A stretch of 64,000 nt of DNA from Paraspadella gotoi (GCA_051294375.1 CM119268.1:7914308-7978307), one strand, 5' to 3'. Positions 25,683 to 44,334 are shown, counted from the stretch's first letter. Program-made: numbers and translations. Notes: generated by a model from the letters alone, not told the origin.

Positions 25683-25725
25683 GACGCTGAAGAAGGCTTG
25701 CATCCAAAGCCGAAACATGTACGTT
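25683..25725 (+). ncRNA. Minimal type I hammerhead ribozyme (Penelope-type)
   Basis: GACG-CTGAAGA-A-GGCTT-gcatcca-AAGCC-GAA-ACATGT-A-CGTT. Complete CUGANGA/GAAA/UH core, 5-bp stem II, palindromic ACAUGU stem III, 3-4 bp stem I. Confidence 0.85.
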
Positions 25726-28685
25726 TTATATGATAAAATAAAATTCGTTGTGAAACAAAATCATTTTGCCCCAATACATATAACAACGAAAAAGAAAGGT
25801 TATTACCACTAAATAATTTCAATAAAATAATTAGTATTTTTGGCAAATGCTTTTTAAAAGATACAGCAAATAATTATTTTAGAACATTTTGTTTACTCTT
25901 AAAATTAATAACTCTGATTTACCATTTGATTGCTTTGGAATTTGGAAATATTTTTTTTTCAAAATAAAATAGAAATAAAAGTCCAAGTTTGTTGCTCATT
26001 TGACATGTTACAAAAACTTTGTCTTGGCTCTGCAGAGTTACTAAGGACCTCATTCGTTTCAGCCATAACAGAAAAAAGAGCATCTAGTTTCAGAAATACG
26101 TTTAATTGATATTGAATTCAGGTAGAAAAATTTCGAATTATCTTTTAAGCTTATTGCCCCATTTTAAATTTTACGAATTATAAATAATGTTAAATCAGTA
26201 AAAAGGCAGAAACACGTAAATCAAATGAATATACATATGACCTATATGCTATGTGCTATGTGCTATGTGCTATATGCTATAAGACAGCTCGGTGTAAAGC
26301 TTTCTGTAATTTTGTTGTATGAAATTGTAATTGTATTTATATTTATCAAAACCTAGGACCGAAAACTGTAATCAGCATAATTAAAAATTATGACAACAAG
26401 TTAACTAACAGCAATAATGGTAAAAACGACAATGTTCCACTTTCATTAACATAATAACTGGATTCTTGTTTTTAATTTTAAGCAAACTTTTATCTAAAAT
26501 TTCTGAATAGACGCCAGGGAGCGCTACATTCGACAAGTGAAAGCAGTGGACCTCGATAAGACGTGATTTTGAACAAATGACCAGTTTTGTATAAATAAGG
26601 TTGAATTGTCTGTTGACTCGTGCGGAACTGAGTTGTTCAATTTTATTTCTGAGATATATTACAATGTCAAAGATAAGTTCTTACCATTTATAATACTATA
26701 TTTTGAATTCAATTTTTATTAATTTTTCTGTCCAAAACATTCAATTTATATTTTTTTATTTTCACTTTTTTTAAATCTATATATTTTTTTTATAATTTAA
26801 AATAAATTTAAAAAATAATATGTAAAAAATTATTTAAAATTAATAGAAATTATTTAAATTTAAATTTGTATAATAAAAGTGCATTAATAAAAAGAAATCT
26901 ACAAATATAAAAAAAATATAAAAATCATTAAAAATATGCTAATTACATTTATCTTTAAATTATATTATTTGAACTTGTGAGTGATTGAATAATTAACCCA
27001 GAGCAAAATGTTTGATATTTTTTTAATAAATTATTATTAAATCAGTTAAAAAAGTAATATGAATATTGAACAAGGTAGGTCAATAAATATGAGGTTGTTT
27101 TTTACTGTTTTTTATCTAAGGAAACGATTTAAAATATTATTTAATCAATATTATAAAAAATATTTGAAAAATATTAAAAAATATATAATTTAATAATTTT
27201 TAAAAAAATCACTGAAAAAAAATGTTACCAATTGCTGTTTATAATAGATATCCTATAAAATGGACCATACTTGTGTACATATTCATTATAATTAATTTAA
27301 ATTTTTCTATCTGGTATAGAAGCAGTGAGCTTTTCTTAACAGGTCATTGGGACACACTGTAGACTGCATAATTAAAACAGTCTGACTAAAGTAAGACAGC
27401 TGAATTCAACATCTTGATTTTGATCTTAACTGGAGCCTTTATTTAATATTTATTTCAATTTTGCCAACCCTACTCATATATACGTGTGATGATAATAATA
27501 ACTTAAAGGCCAGTACTTATTTTTTTAGGCACTACAAAAGGATTTTCTACCCACCCATTTATAAAACTGAACACAAATAAAATTAACTGCCATTTTTTAT
27601 GGTTTGTTTTAGAATTTATTTTAAACAAAAGATAAAGAGAATTAGTTATTTAGACAATTGTTATGATTTAAATACAAACAATACAATCCAAGAACGATGG
27701 CATATAAATAGTAACGAAAAAAAAATTTCACCTAAACGTTTGCTCCGTCACGAGCGATTCTAAAAAAGGCTACGCAATGTGTCATCACTATGAATTTACA
27801 TTAAATTTTAATTTTGATTATGAGTGCGGGATACAACGTTGAGAAAATGAGGCACCTTACTCGCGATTTGGGGCTTTCGGCCCAGCATCTTCGTCAACGG
27901 AACTTTGGTTTTATCTGCATCAGACTAAAAAATAACGCAGGAATCAGATTTGAGAAAAAAACGAAATTCAATCGCAAAAAAAAACAATGGTTTCGTTTTT
28001 GGCTCATCGTCATCAGGCGTTTTACGTTTATATCTACAGAACTTTCACTGTTACAAGACTCGGTAGAAAGGAGGGGGCAGAGTCCATTTTTTGAAATGAA
28101 GAAGCAATGGGATTCAACTATTAACGCGTATTAAATTACGAAAATTTAGAATAATTAAAAAAAAAGCGACACAAATAAGTTATGTTACATGTTAATCTCA
28201 TGATAGGTAAATGATGATAGGCTACCATGAAACCTCTTGTTTGAGATCATGGAAAACTCCCACTTTTTGGGCGAGGCCAAACTTGAGAATGGCCTTGCCC
28301 TATTTTTGGCGTTTTAATGGAGCCAAGCTACATCTACGTATCGTACATAAAAAGGAAATCCGCGCTCGGATTATTAATTATTAATCAATAAATAATTAAT
28401 TAATTAATCAATCGATTAAGAATATAAAAATACAGCAATTATACACACCAAAATGTATCAATTTAGTTTTACAAGTTTAGTTTATTTTTGTTTGCGATGA
28501 CGAATTAATAAATATCTAAGAAGTCAACAAACTCTCACACCAACAATTACATCTTCAACAATAAATACTGGGGATTTTTTGGATGGTAACGCACCCAGGC
28601 GCTCGAACCAATCAGACGCCGAGGCGTTAGACCAATGAGCGTTTAAGTAAACCAGGCACTCTACTACCAAAGTTGTATGGCACTT

Positions 28686-34455
<5,770 letters not shown>

Positions 34456-34830
34456 GGCGAAACAGAGCGGGGTGAGGTTTACTTTATGTAGCGAGGTGAG
34501 GTTAAAATTAGACCCGAGTTTCTCTTCGTTGGAATCGATTTTTGTGATTTCTCTTTGTTGTTGCTCAGTTCTTCTTTCAGTTCCTCAGCTGTTTCCTCAC
34601 AGCACGAGAAGCGAGCGTGAGCGAGAGAGAGACAGAGAGGGATTGGCCGCGCGTGCCAGCTCGTTGCGACGGCGAGAGAGAGCGAGAGAAAGACCGCGCG
34701 CGAGAGATAGGGATGGAGCCATTGACGCGCGCGCGACGATGACGTGCGTACGTGCGAATGCACGCGCTCCCTGGCGACGGAGGGAAGAAATATCTAGGAT
34801 TTTTGACGCACGCAAGGAAATCACGGGACG

Positions 34831-34930
<100 letters not shown>

Positions 34931-35238
34931 CGTGCAGAGACGAGGATGGAGAAGATTTTTTTTGTTGTTTTTCGCCAAAAAAAAAATCGATGAAAAATCG
35001 ATGAGGCGTTTGATTAACCGAGAGAGGCGAAGTTTTGACTCGCTCTCGTTAGCGTTTTGCAGAATCGACTTGCTCTCTCGCTAGCAGATGGAAAAAAAAA
35101 TTCGTCAATCGAGATTCGTCTCGTTCTCACCGTCGGAAGAGTGACGTGGATTTGAGATTAGAGATCGACTCGCTCTCGCGATCTGCGCGTGGCAAGATGG
35201 AAAAAGAACCGGGGACGGGGAGTCGAAACCCCTTTATA

Positions 35239-35287
<49 letters not shown>

Positions 35288-35298
35288 GAGGACCGACA

Positions 35299-35391
<93 letters not shown>

Positions 35392-35474
35392 AAGGGGGGA
35401 ACGATTCGTCGTCGTAATGGTCGTCGTCGTCAGCGTCGTTGCCGATGGAACAAAAGCCGAGGGTCTGACGCGTG

Positions 35475-35593
<119 letters not shown>

Positions 35594-37386
35594 ATCGATG
35601 GCAGAAAATATTTAGATGTATATAGTATGATGAGCCTATATGAAGTGTTTTTACACCTTAGAGATTACAACATTGAGGCTAATTTTTTAGTAAATCAGAA
35701 TTTCTTCATTAAATTAGTGATGCTAGTTAAGCACTGCTTAACTGCTTAATAAGCAGGGTATGGTTAACCTCGTCGTTTTTTTTCCGGTGAACTAATTATT
35801 GACCCGATTTAATGTTTTGAGTTTTCAGTTTTCTTCACCGGTGAATTCCTAACTAGCGTTTTATTAAAATACATAGCTTAAAATGATTTGCGCCTTCCAA
35901 CCCGAGATACACATTTACTTACTTATTACATAAACTTCCCCGTCGCTCGTACTTACTATTACCGGAGGATCCCGCCTCCGCCACCTCCGCCGCAGCCTCT
36001 GCCGCCGACGCAGAACGGGGTATAACATCTGTCCCCCCAAAAGCAGCGGCTTCGCTGCGTCCCCACTGTCTCCGCAGTCCCTGCCGCTTTTTAAGCCTCC
36101 TTCACGCCGACAACTCGAACGACCGTAAGGTTGGAACGTCACCTGCCCTCGTATTTGGAATCGAGGAAGGAGATCCCGGTAGGATTCTATTTTAATTTGA
36201 CAGAGATCTCGGTAGGATTTTTGAAAGAAGACTCATGGGTAGGTTTGAAAGGAAATTCCCAGGAAATGAATTAGTTGAATAGTGTTCAATAGTCATTAGT
36301 TGTAAATGAGCGAAACTAAATCTAAGATAATACTGTTATCTAAAAATAGTTTAATATTATTATAGACAGTATGTACATTAAGGCGGGCCAAAATTGAACA
36401 CTTTTTATAACTTCTAGTTTTCTCAAAAAAAATTTTTTTTTCCTTCTATTACTAAATCGATTTTCAATGCAACTTTTTGAATTAGTTCATTTGGTTGTTG
36501 CACTGAAGCTTTTAAATATTCATTAATATATAACAAATGACAAAAATGTGTTTTTTTTTTATTTCATTTTTTAAGAACGGATTTTAAAAAGTTGTATTAA
36601 TAACCTTTATATAACTTTTGAAGCTCTACCAGAATCTATTAAAAAGATAAATTTTAAAAATTATTTTTATTTTCATATTCTTTAACAGTCACTTAACCAT
36701 TATTTATTTTAAAGAACTTCTAGTTTTGAACTTGTTCCGGACTAATGTACATACTTTGAATGTCATCGTCTTGGCAAGGGTATTGCAAAATTTTTTTAAA
36801 ACTTTCATTCGGACGCGCTTTCCAATAAAATGGTTTTTGCAAACATAACCCCACCACGCTTTATCTTCAAACATCACGCACCCGCCCTGGACGTCTGCTG
36901 CATACCACAAAAAATAAAAGAATGCCAAAGAAAAGAAAAAAGAATGAAAAAGAATGAAATGAAGAAAAAGGAGCGATAAAAAACTCTCTGCTGAATTCTC
37001 CAGTGGAACAAAAGATTTTTTTTTTTTCATTCATCGTCCTTTAAGCGGTTCACTGTGTGCTGACGGGTTTTTGCTCGGTTTCTATCTTCGTCTTTTCTAC
37101 CTGATTAACCGAATTGATTTAAGGAACAGTTTTATAACCGTGAATATTTTAATAAGTCTGTACTAATAATTATGTCCGAGAAGCGACTATCAACAAACAG
37201 ACGACTTCGCATTGACGAAGGACTCGAATTTCGAACGGCCGCCTGGAACTTTACCCAAACTATTGTTGGCACCGATTTTGGTAACGACAATTCGCTCTCA
37301 TTTATTTTACACCGAAGAGCTTTTTCAAACTCCGATGCCTGAACAGCTTCGTCGACACATGGCCTCATCCCTCGACGACGACAAGA

Positions 37387-37418
<32 letters not shown>

Positions 37419-39191
37419 AGCGGTCGTCGCATGTCGTCGATTCCATCTGCCGTTTCATTTATTTTTCTTTCTTTTTTCTTTTTTCCTTTTTTTTTTCTTT
37501 TTCGCTTCAATTTTTTTTTTTTGGTTATCGCTTCTTACGATTTCGCCGGTTTTTCTTCGGTATATTTGTGGCACGGGGGTTCATTGTGTGTGTGACAGAG
37601 AGAGAGAGAGAGAGACCATCTGCCGAGAGATGCAGAAGATGCTTCACAAAAATCGATGTTTGAAAATAGGAGCATTGAGCGAAGGGAAGCGCCAATAATA
37701 TCTCACTGTCGAGTAATTGTAAAAAGAGGCAAAAATATAAGCATTTAAATAATTTATAATTTTGTGATATCTTCCACTTGTGGATACACACTGTTAATTC
37801 TTCCCTTTTTCTGTGATAACTGAGTCGATGTGGACGTTGTGGATAACTGGATATACACCGATTTGATCTGGATTACTAATTGAAATTGTTATTAATGAGG
37901 CGTTATATTAATAAATAACTCTTCTATTTATTGTTCACTATTTATGACATATTTCCGATCGAAAAAAATTTGTCATCTTTCCACGAACTGTCGCCGGCGG
38001 CCGGATTTATCGCAAACTGAGAAACGGACTGAACCGAAGTCCGGACTCTCCCTCGATCCGCTTTCGTCGTCGTCGTCGTCGTCCGTTTCCGCTTCACCGC
38101 CTCCACGCGATCGTCAACTGAGCTGACCCTCGCAGCGTTCCGCCCTTCCCTTCAGGCCCATTTCGTCGTCTTCGTCGTTCCATCTTCTTCATCGTCATCG
38201 TCGTCGTCATTCGACTGAAATAAAAACTAAAACCGCAGCTGCTGGCCGAATGGACTCATCATCTGTTGCATCGAGCAAATTAGCCCGGCACACGCTCTCT
38301 TTCTCTTTCTCCCTCTCCCTCTCTCTCTCTCTCTCGCTCTCTCTCTCTCTCGCCCTTAACACCTGTTCGTCACTTACCCATCCCATTGTGTTGATGATGT
38401 CCCTTGGGTTATCTCATGGATCTTCCGATCGATGATCGACGCCGAGGATGAGGTCGATGATACTCTGCTCGAGTTGTTGTTGTTATCCTTCGTTTTTTTT
38501 TTTAATTTCCCCCCCATCATGTTTTCTTACGAAATTCCAATGACTTCCTTCCGGTTTAAAACAAACTACATAGTTTTAACGGACAATAATTGACAGAATT
38601 AACTAACCTTAGTCAGATTGTTGACGCTAGCGAAAATTAATGACTAATTAATGAACTAATAAATCAATCATGCGAGAGATTTAATTATTTTATCCAGAAA
38701 AAAACAGACAGGAAACGCGACAGAGTATTGCATTGCAATGAGTTGAAAAAATTCATATGAAAGCGACGCAAAAATAATTAATACAGTTGAAACGTTTAAT
38801 AACTGTATATTTAAAATAAACCGACATAGCGCAGTTATGTAACTATACAACTACAAGAAAAAATTTTATGCAAGTTTTATCGCAATTCTTTTGCCATCCC
38901 TCAACCCTAAAAAAAAATTATACAATAAAAGCGTTGGGCCGTTCTTTTGTTGACAAGTAGATCAAAAATGCATTAGAGAATACGAAAGGCTGGCAGTATA
39001 AATCGACCATATCGAGAAAACAAATTAACTAAATTTCAATTTGGCAGCGTCATTACAGGAAAGTTAAAAATAACCGTATTAAATCGTATACATCGACAAC
39101 ATCGACTAAGCAGACTCCAATCCTCCCAAGTCTGAATCCTTCGCACAAACAAAAAGGCACACTCCCCTCTCCACCCTTCACTTCTCCGTTT

Positions 39192-41667
39192 CTAGTTCCT
39201 CCTCCTCACGCAGCACCCCCCCTCCTCCCCCCTCGCCTTACCCTCCGCGATCCCCATCCCCCCGTCCTCCCCTTTGGGCGTCCGCTGGTAAGTGATGAGG
39301 ATCTGATGAGCGGTGAACTTGTCGATGTTGGAGTAGAGGAGAGCGAGGACGAAGACGACGTCGTCCTCCCGTCGGGCGAGCAGTTCCGAAGCGAACTCCT
39401 CGAAGGGTTCCGCCAACGCTTCGTCCACGAAGATGGCCGCCGCCTCGCGGACGTCTCGAGAGAAACCGCCTTGGAAGCGGGGGAAGGGGGAAAAGAAAAA
39501 GAAGGGAGTGAGGGAGAGTGTTGAAGGGGGAGGGGACAAATTCGTAACGTCATTTGATTAAATGATACATTTTGGTCTCTTGCGCATTTAATAAGGGATT
39601 GAATGAATAAATGTAGGAATAAATAAATAAATAAATAAAAAGAATGAATTAATCGCTTTAATCAATTGAGAAGTATCTACTAAAAGAAGGAACTATGGTG
39701 GACTAAAATCCACCAACCGTTCATCAGCGGCCATTGGTGCCGGAGGCAAGTCATTCGCCTCCCAACCCAAAGGTCCGGGGTTCTAGCCCGGTGATCGCCT
39801 AGCAGTTAAGAGGGACGGGGCGCTTAACCCGCCTGTAACACGGTGTTACAGCCTGAACCGAAGCTCAGGGACTGCTTATATAGAATGGTTCTGTCACTGA
39901 TACATAACAATAATTACTGTCTCTTCAGAACCAACAACTAACCAATCAAGGCCACTCCAACTCTCTCTCACCGTTAATGTTTCTGACGTAAGAGTAATAC
40001 GGCGCGATTGAGGCGAACGGCAGCAAGAAGACGAAGACGAGGTCGAGAAGGAGGAAGTGCTTGGCGAAGGGATTCGAGGGAAGAACGCACATCACGCTGG
40101 AGGCGTTGACGTGGGAGTCGAAGGCGCCGCCGATCTCGCAACGAGCCGTCGACGGGAAGGAGTAGTTGAGGAGGATCGCCAGAAGCAACGCCGCTTGAAG
40201 AGCGAAGGCGAGAACGCGTCCAAAGACGTTCAACCACCTGGGGATGTTTCAGGGGGAAAGAGAAGTGTTGGAGAGAGGGAGTGGACGGTATGGATGGTTG
40301 ATTGCAAGACATTGTGATTCGAGAATGGAAAAAAATAATTAAGCAAATTCTTTAAAAATATTTTTAAGTAGCGCTTTTCCGTTTAAAAGTATTTGTATTT
40401 CTATGTAAATTGGCAAGGTAAGAGCCATCACACTAATACACCGTCACTCTTATATAATTGAGAACGTTCTTTATTAACGAGTCAAACACATTAATTCAAA
40501 CATTATATGAATTTGCCAATCACCAGTACGAAGCGTGCAGCGATTGCTTCAGAGTCGCCGGCATTCTTTGCTTGACGAAAATATTGAGGGCACACTGGAG
40601 CCTCAGCTGCACCCGTCGCTGCATCTCCAGCACTTCGGGATCGTCAGGGAACACGGTCGTCGACCGCTGTAACATAAAAAATGAGTAAATCATTTTTAAT
40701 TTTTTTAAATAATTTTTTAATCATTTTTAATGACAACTATCGCTATGCATGCTGAAGTGCTACTGTACAGAGATTTCTCAATAATTTTTTTCACGATAAC
40801 CATGCCCATTTCCCAACAAAACTGGCCCCCAAACCTTTCCAAACGATTACCGACCATTGCAATCACCACTTCTGACCTTGGCCCCCGGTGCTCCGCTATC
40901 CGCGCCGCCATCGTCGGGATTCTTCTCCGCCAGTTTGGCGATTTCCTTCGCGTCGTTAATGAGAGGTTGCACGACCGACTGACAGGCGGCGAAGTAGAGC
41001 AGGTAGGGCAGGTAGGCCACCACCGCCTGGATAAGCATCGCGAAGATCACGTAGCGCCGGAAAAAGTCGATGTCGTCTGAATAGAGAAAAGAAGGTCATT
41101 AGAGTTGAGGTTAGGTGAGGTCATTTGAGTTGAGATGACATGCGACGACCTCACCCTCAGCGGAGACAAAGTTGCTCGTCGTCCGACAGTAGGCGTCCAC
41201 GTAGGCGGAGAGGTGCGCCTGGAACTCGTCGGGGATGTCTGAAGAATCCATGGAGGAGGGGGCGGCGTCGACGGCGGGAAAGAAGCATCTTGCCGGATCC
41301 AAAACTTGGATTGCGACTAGAAAGCCTGTCGTGAAGAGAAATTCTTTAATTAACAAGTTAAGTTACTAACTAAAGAATCGATGGAGTACGTATAAATCTA
41401 AACTGGATTATTAGTAAAAACATCGACATTGTGATTTTTTAAAAAATTAAGTTACTAGAAATGATAATGTGCTCTTCATTAAATTAAAATATCAGTAAGT
41501 AGGTACGTAATTGTAAAACATAAGAAATTAATAAGCGAACCTGCGAGGGCACAGGGGATGAAGGAGCCGACTTTTCGGGCGAGACGGTCGGCAGGAAAGT
41601 CCACGTCGACCTCGGCGTAGATGCTGCCGAGGAAACTCGACACCACACCCCCTAACGAGTCCGTCAT
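39192..41667 (-). CDS. Innexin/pannexin-family channel; exons 41667-41541, 41325-41155, 41076-40877, 40666-40524, 40237-39972, 39469-39192
   Basis: DFPADRL before TM1; EL1 cysteines RCFFP...AYVDAYC; TM2 IQAVVAYLPYLLY with conserved Pro; EL2 FPSTARC...CVLPSN; C-terminal DVVFVLALLYSN. All five introns are GT-AG with matching phases. Confidence 0.85.
39693..39926 (+). mobile_element. tRNA-derived SINE-like repeat in the last innexin intron
   Basis: Cleanest copy. tRNA-like segment 39727-39799 with acceptor stem GCGGCCA/TGATCGC, B-box GGTTCTAGCC and a CTCCCAA loop reminiscent of tRNA-Gly. Confidence 0.8.
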
Positions 41668-42230
41668 CTTCCGTTGTTTTGTTTATTTACTGTTTTTGGT
41701 TTTTTTGCTTATTCAACAATTCGAGCTCTCCGAGAAAATTTCAATATTTTTTTGGGGTGTTTTGAATGAACCGAAATCCCGTGTTTTGCTTCAAACTTTC
41801 GTTTTAATATTTTTTGTTTCTGGCCCGAAATCGATGATGATCCAAGTTGGAGATTTTCCTGGGATCGCTCGTCAGAATCTCTCTCCACATCATCGTCTCT
41901 ATTATTTTAAAATCAATGAGGTTCATGTTAATTTTTATCGACAAATCTGAGCGCCTTCTGAGCGGCTTTGGCTAATGAACAAAAAAAATTTATCTTTATA
42001 AAGATATAGTTATTTAGCTTACAGGTGTGAAATCTTAAGATGCAGGCAAGGTAAAAAAAAAAGTAAAAAAATGTTAAGAGGACTCCAAAACGATAATGTT
42101 TCCTTTCAAACTCGAGTGATATCGAATGCAATAGCCCGAAGTGGTAACTTTTTTCCTTTAAATAAGTATTCTTGAAGTCGATGAGTCACTGACTTCGCCA
42201 GGCGGCCTCCCGCTGAAATCTACCACGCTT

Positions 42231-42250
42231 CCTCTTGCTCTTTCCGCTCA
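42231..42250 (+). promoter_or_regulatory. Candidate TCT/5'TOP transcription start of the snoRNA host gene
   Basis: CCTCTTGCTCTTTCCGCT contains YCTYTYY (TCTTTCC at 42239-42245) after a GC-richer stretch. snoRNA host genes typically start with 5'TOP tracts. Divergent from the innexin ATG at 41667. Confidence 0.45.
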
Positions 42251-43327
42251 ACAGTCAAAAAATGCGGCGAGTTGGTCGATTGATTCGATTTTCTTCACTC
42301 ATGGTCCTTGGCAAATTTCCATCCGCAGCTCGATGACGTCTTTTGTTTAACGTAATTGTGGCGTTTTTTCAGTAATCTTGCTTAGCTAATGCGATTGATT
42401 TATATCCGTTGTTAGGAAAGCTTTTTCTTGTATTTTAAAATCAAACGGAGATATGGTAGGAAATATAAAAAAGAAAGTTATGAAAAAAATATATATTTAA
42501 TTCTTACATACTGTTTTTTAAAGAATATTTTAAAATATTTTGATTGGTTCAAAAAACTTTTCAGACAGATTCCAGTATGAAAATATTATACTTTCGTATT
42601 TATCTCTGCTAGTTGTCAAACTACTGCTAAAGTACGATGACATAAATAAAAACTTCATTTATACGTTTGTTTTTAAATTTCTTCAGATCCTGCATCTTCT
42701 ATCAGACTAACCAACCAACTGAGAAACTGCAGCAAAATCATAAAGACTTACCTTTCCGAGATCGAGTCTTGTTGACCAATCACGAAACGAGAAACAGATC
42801 CTGACTCTTGCTCCTTATCTACATGGGCGAAATGAATAAATTCCAGTTGGATAAAGGATAAAATAATTTTATACTAAAGTTTTCTGTATTATTTTTAATT
42901 AACAATGCTGATGTGATAATAAAAATTAATATTATGTTTATCATAATATTAATAATCGGCAAATTGCAGTTCTTTGCTCATTTGTTTCCCGCCACTTTCT
43001 TCTCAGCGACATCTGACGATCGACGAGTTAAACATCAGACATAAAGAGAATCACGTGGCATCTCCTGCCTCGCCGGCTTCGGGTTCCTCCTCGCTTGGCC
43101 TGCGGCAATCCGCATTCCTCTTCCAAGCGTTTCGTCCACGAGGTGAAAGCGTGAGAGACCATTGATCACTCTTCGCTTCAACTCTATACTTTTTAGATTA
43201 TTTTTTTTTCTCGTCGATCACAAGCATTTGACGCAATGATTCAAGCTGCTTCAAGCATCATCCGGCTTCAGTTCAGACTCTTAATCAGGTAAGTTTAAAA
43301 CATGAGTTTGTGCATCCTTAATCTCGT

Positions 43328-43389
43328 ATCTGATGAGCTTTTACCGCCCCAGTCTGAGTTGAAATGACTGAGTGGTCTTATTCTGATTT
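43328..43389 (+). ncRNA. SNORD31: Box C/D snoRNA U31 (SNORD31-like), copy a
   Basis: TGATGA 43331; guide TACCGCCCCAGT + D' CTGA; D box CTGA 43383-43386. The guide is complementary to the LSU P-loop ACUGGGGCGGUA, and the +5 rule gives the E. coli Gm2251-equivalent G. Confidence 0.92.
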
Positions 43390-43558
43390 TTCTACGTTTC
43401 GTTTTCAGAAACGCCTAATAAACGTGAAGATCACTAAAATCACTGTATTTATTTTTAGTTTGGATTGTTCCTTGGCTCTCCACGGCCATAATCGCACGTG
43501 TTGGGGTCCGACCTAAAAGGTACAATATTAGTTGTAACATATTAACTCTTCTAAATGG

Positions 43559-43618
43559 TTAATGATGAATTATACCGCCCCAGTCTGAGTAATATGATTG
43601 ACTGGTTACCCCTGAAAT
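43559..43618 (+). ncRNA. SNORD31: Box C/D snoRNA U31, copy b
   Basis: ATGATGA 43562; ATACCGCCCCAGTCTGA; D box CTGA 43612-43615. Confidence 0.92.
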
Positions 43619-43868
43619 TTTTATATTAGAGTAAATCTTTTTCTTTGACTCCACCTTGTTGCTCATTAAGAATATAAATTTTATTTAGGTTAATGCCACG
43701 GACTTATCGCCATCCTATCGTGTTCGATACAAATTTACTTTGAGAAGTTGATGGTAAGTAAAGCAATTCTCGGAGTTATTCTAGGAAAGATCAATGATTT
43801 ATTTCAAATATTTTTTAACGCTTATACAAGCGTTTTTTTAATTTTTTTTCGTACACCGTAAGCATATT

Positions 43869-43931
43869 GATATGATGACCATATACCGCCCCAGGCTGAG
43901 AAAAATGATTGAGTGGTTTAAAATCTGAATT
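43869..43931 (+). ncRNA. SNORD31: Box C/D snoRNA U31, copy c
   Basis: ATGATGA 43872; ATACCGCCCCAGGCTGA; D box CTGA 43925-43928. Confidence 0.92.
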
Positions 43932-44117
43932 TTAAAAAAAATCATCGGGTAGCTTACAAAGCTAAGAATCGGTTTAATTAATTTTGAATTCTTTTTCAGA
44001 TTTGTGCCAAACAACAAGCTTCATATCGGCCTTTATGTGCAGACTGCTGTCAGAATTATTTGTTTGTCAAAGTAAGTTAATGAAGTTTTATTTATTATTA
44101 TTAGTTATTAGTAAAGT

Positions 44118-44198
44118 AAAGTGATGATTTTCATCCGTTCTCTGAGCAGCCGTTTTGGTACTAGTGATGCTTATTGTAACGAGGCATTTGTCTGAGAA
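44118..44198 (+). ncRNA. Dual-guide box C/D snoRNA with a U15-type D guide
   Basis: C GTGATGA 44121, D' CTGA 44142, C' GTGATGC 44164, D CTGA 44192. D guide ACGAGGCATTTG pairs with LSU CAAAUGCCUCGU (the U15/snR13 site). D' guide TTCATCCGTTC can pair with LSU GAAUGGAUGAA. Confidence 0.88.
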
Positions 44199-44334
44199 CA
44201 GTTTCACTGGAAATTGTAACGTCGTTACATTCCCTATCTAATACGATTTTATTTTTTTTTTTCAGATTTTATTCCAATGAATACGTCGTTTTTTCCATTT
44301 AATATTGGTAAGTCCCTCGTTATCAATATACTAC

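Noticed and set aside
27985-28020. Minus-strand CTGATGA...GAAAC as a hammerhead
   Set aside because: The intervening sequence cannot form stem II and no stem I closes it.
39727-39799. Functional tRNA-Gly gene
   Set aside because: The anticodon stem is mispaired, the D arm is poor, and it is embedded in a longer interspersed repeat.
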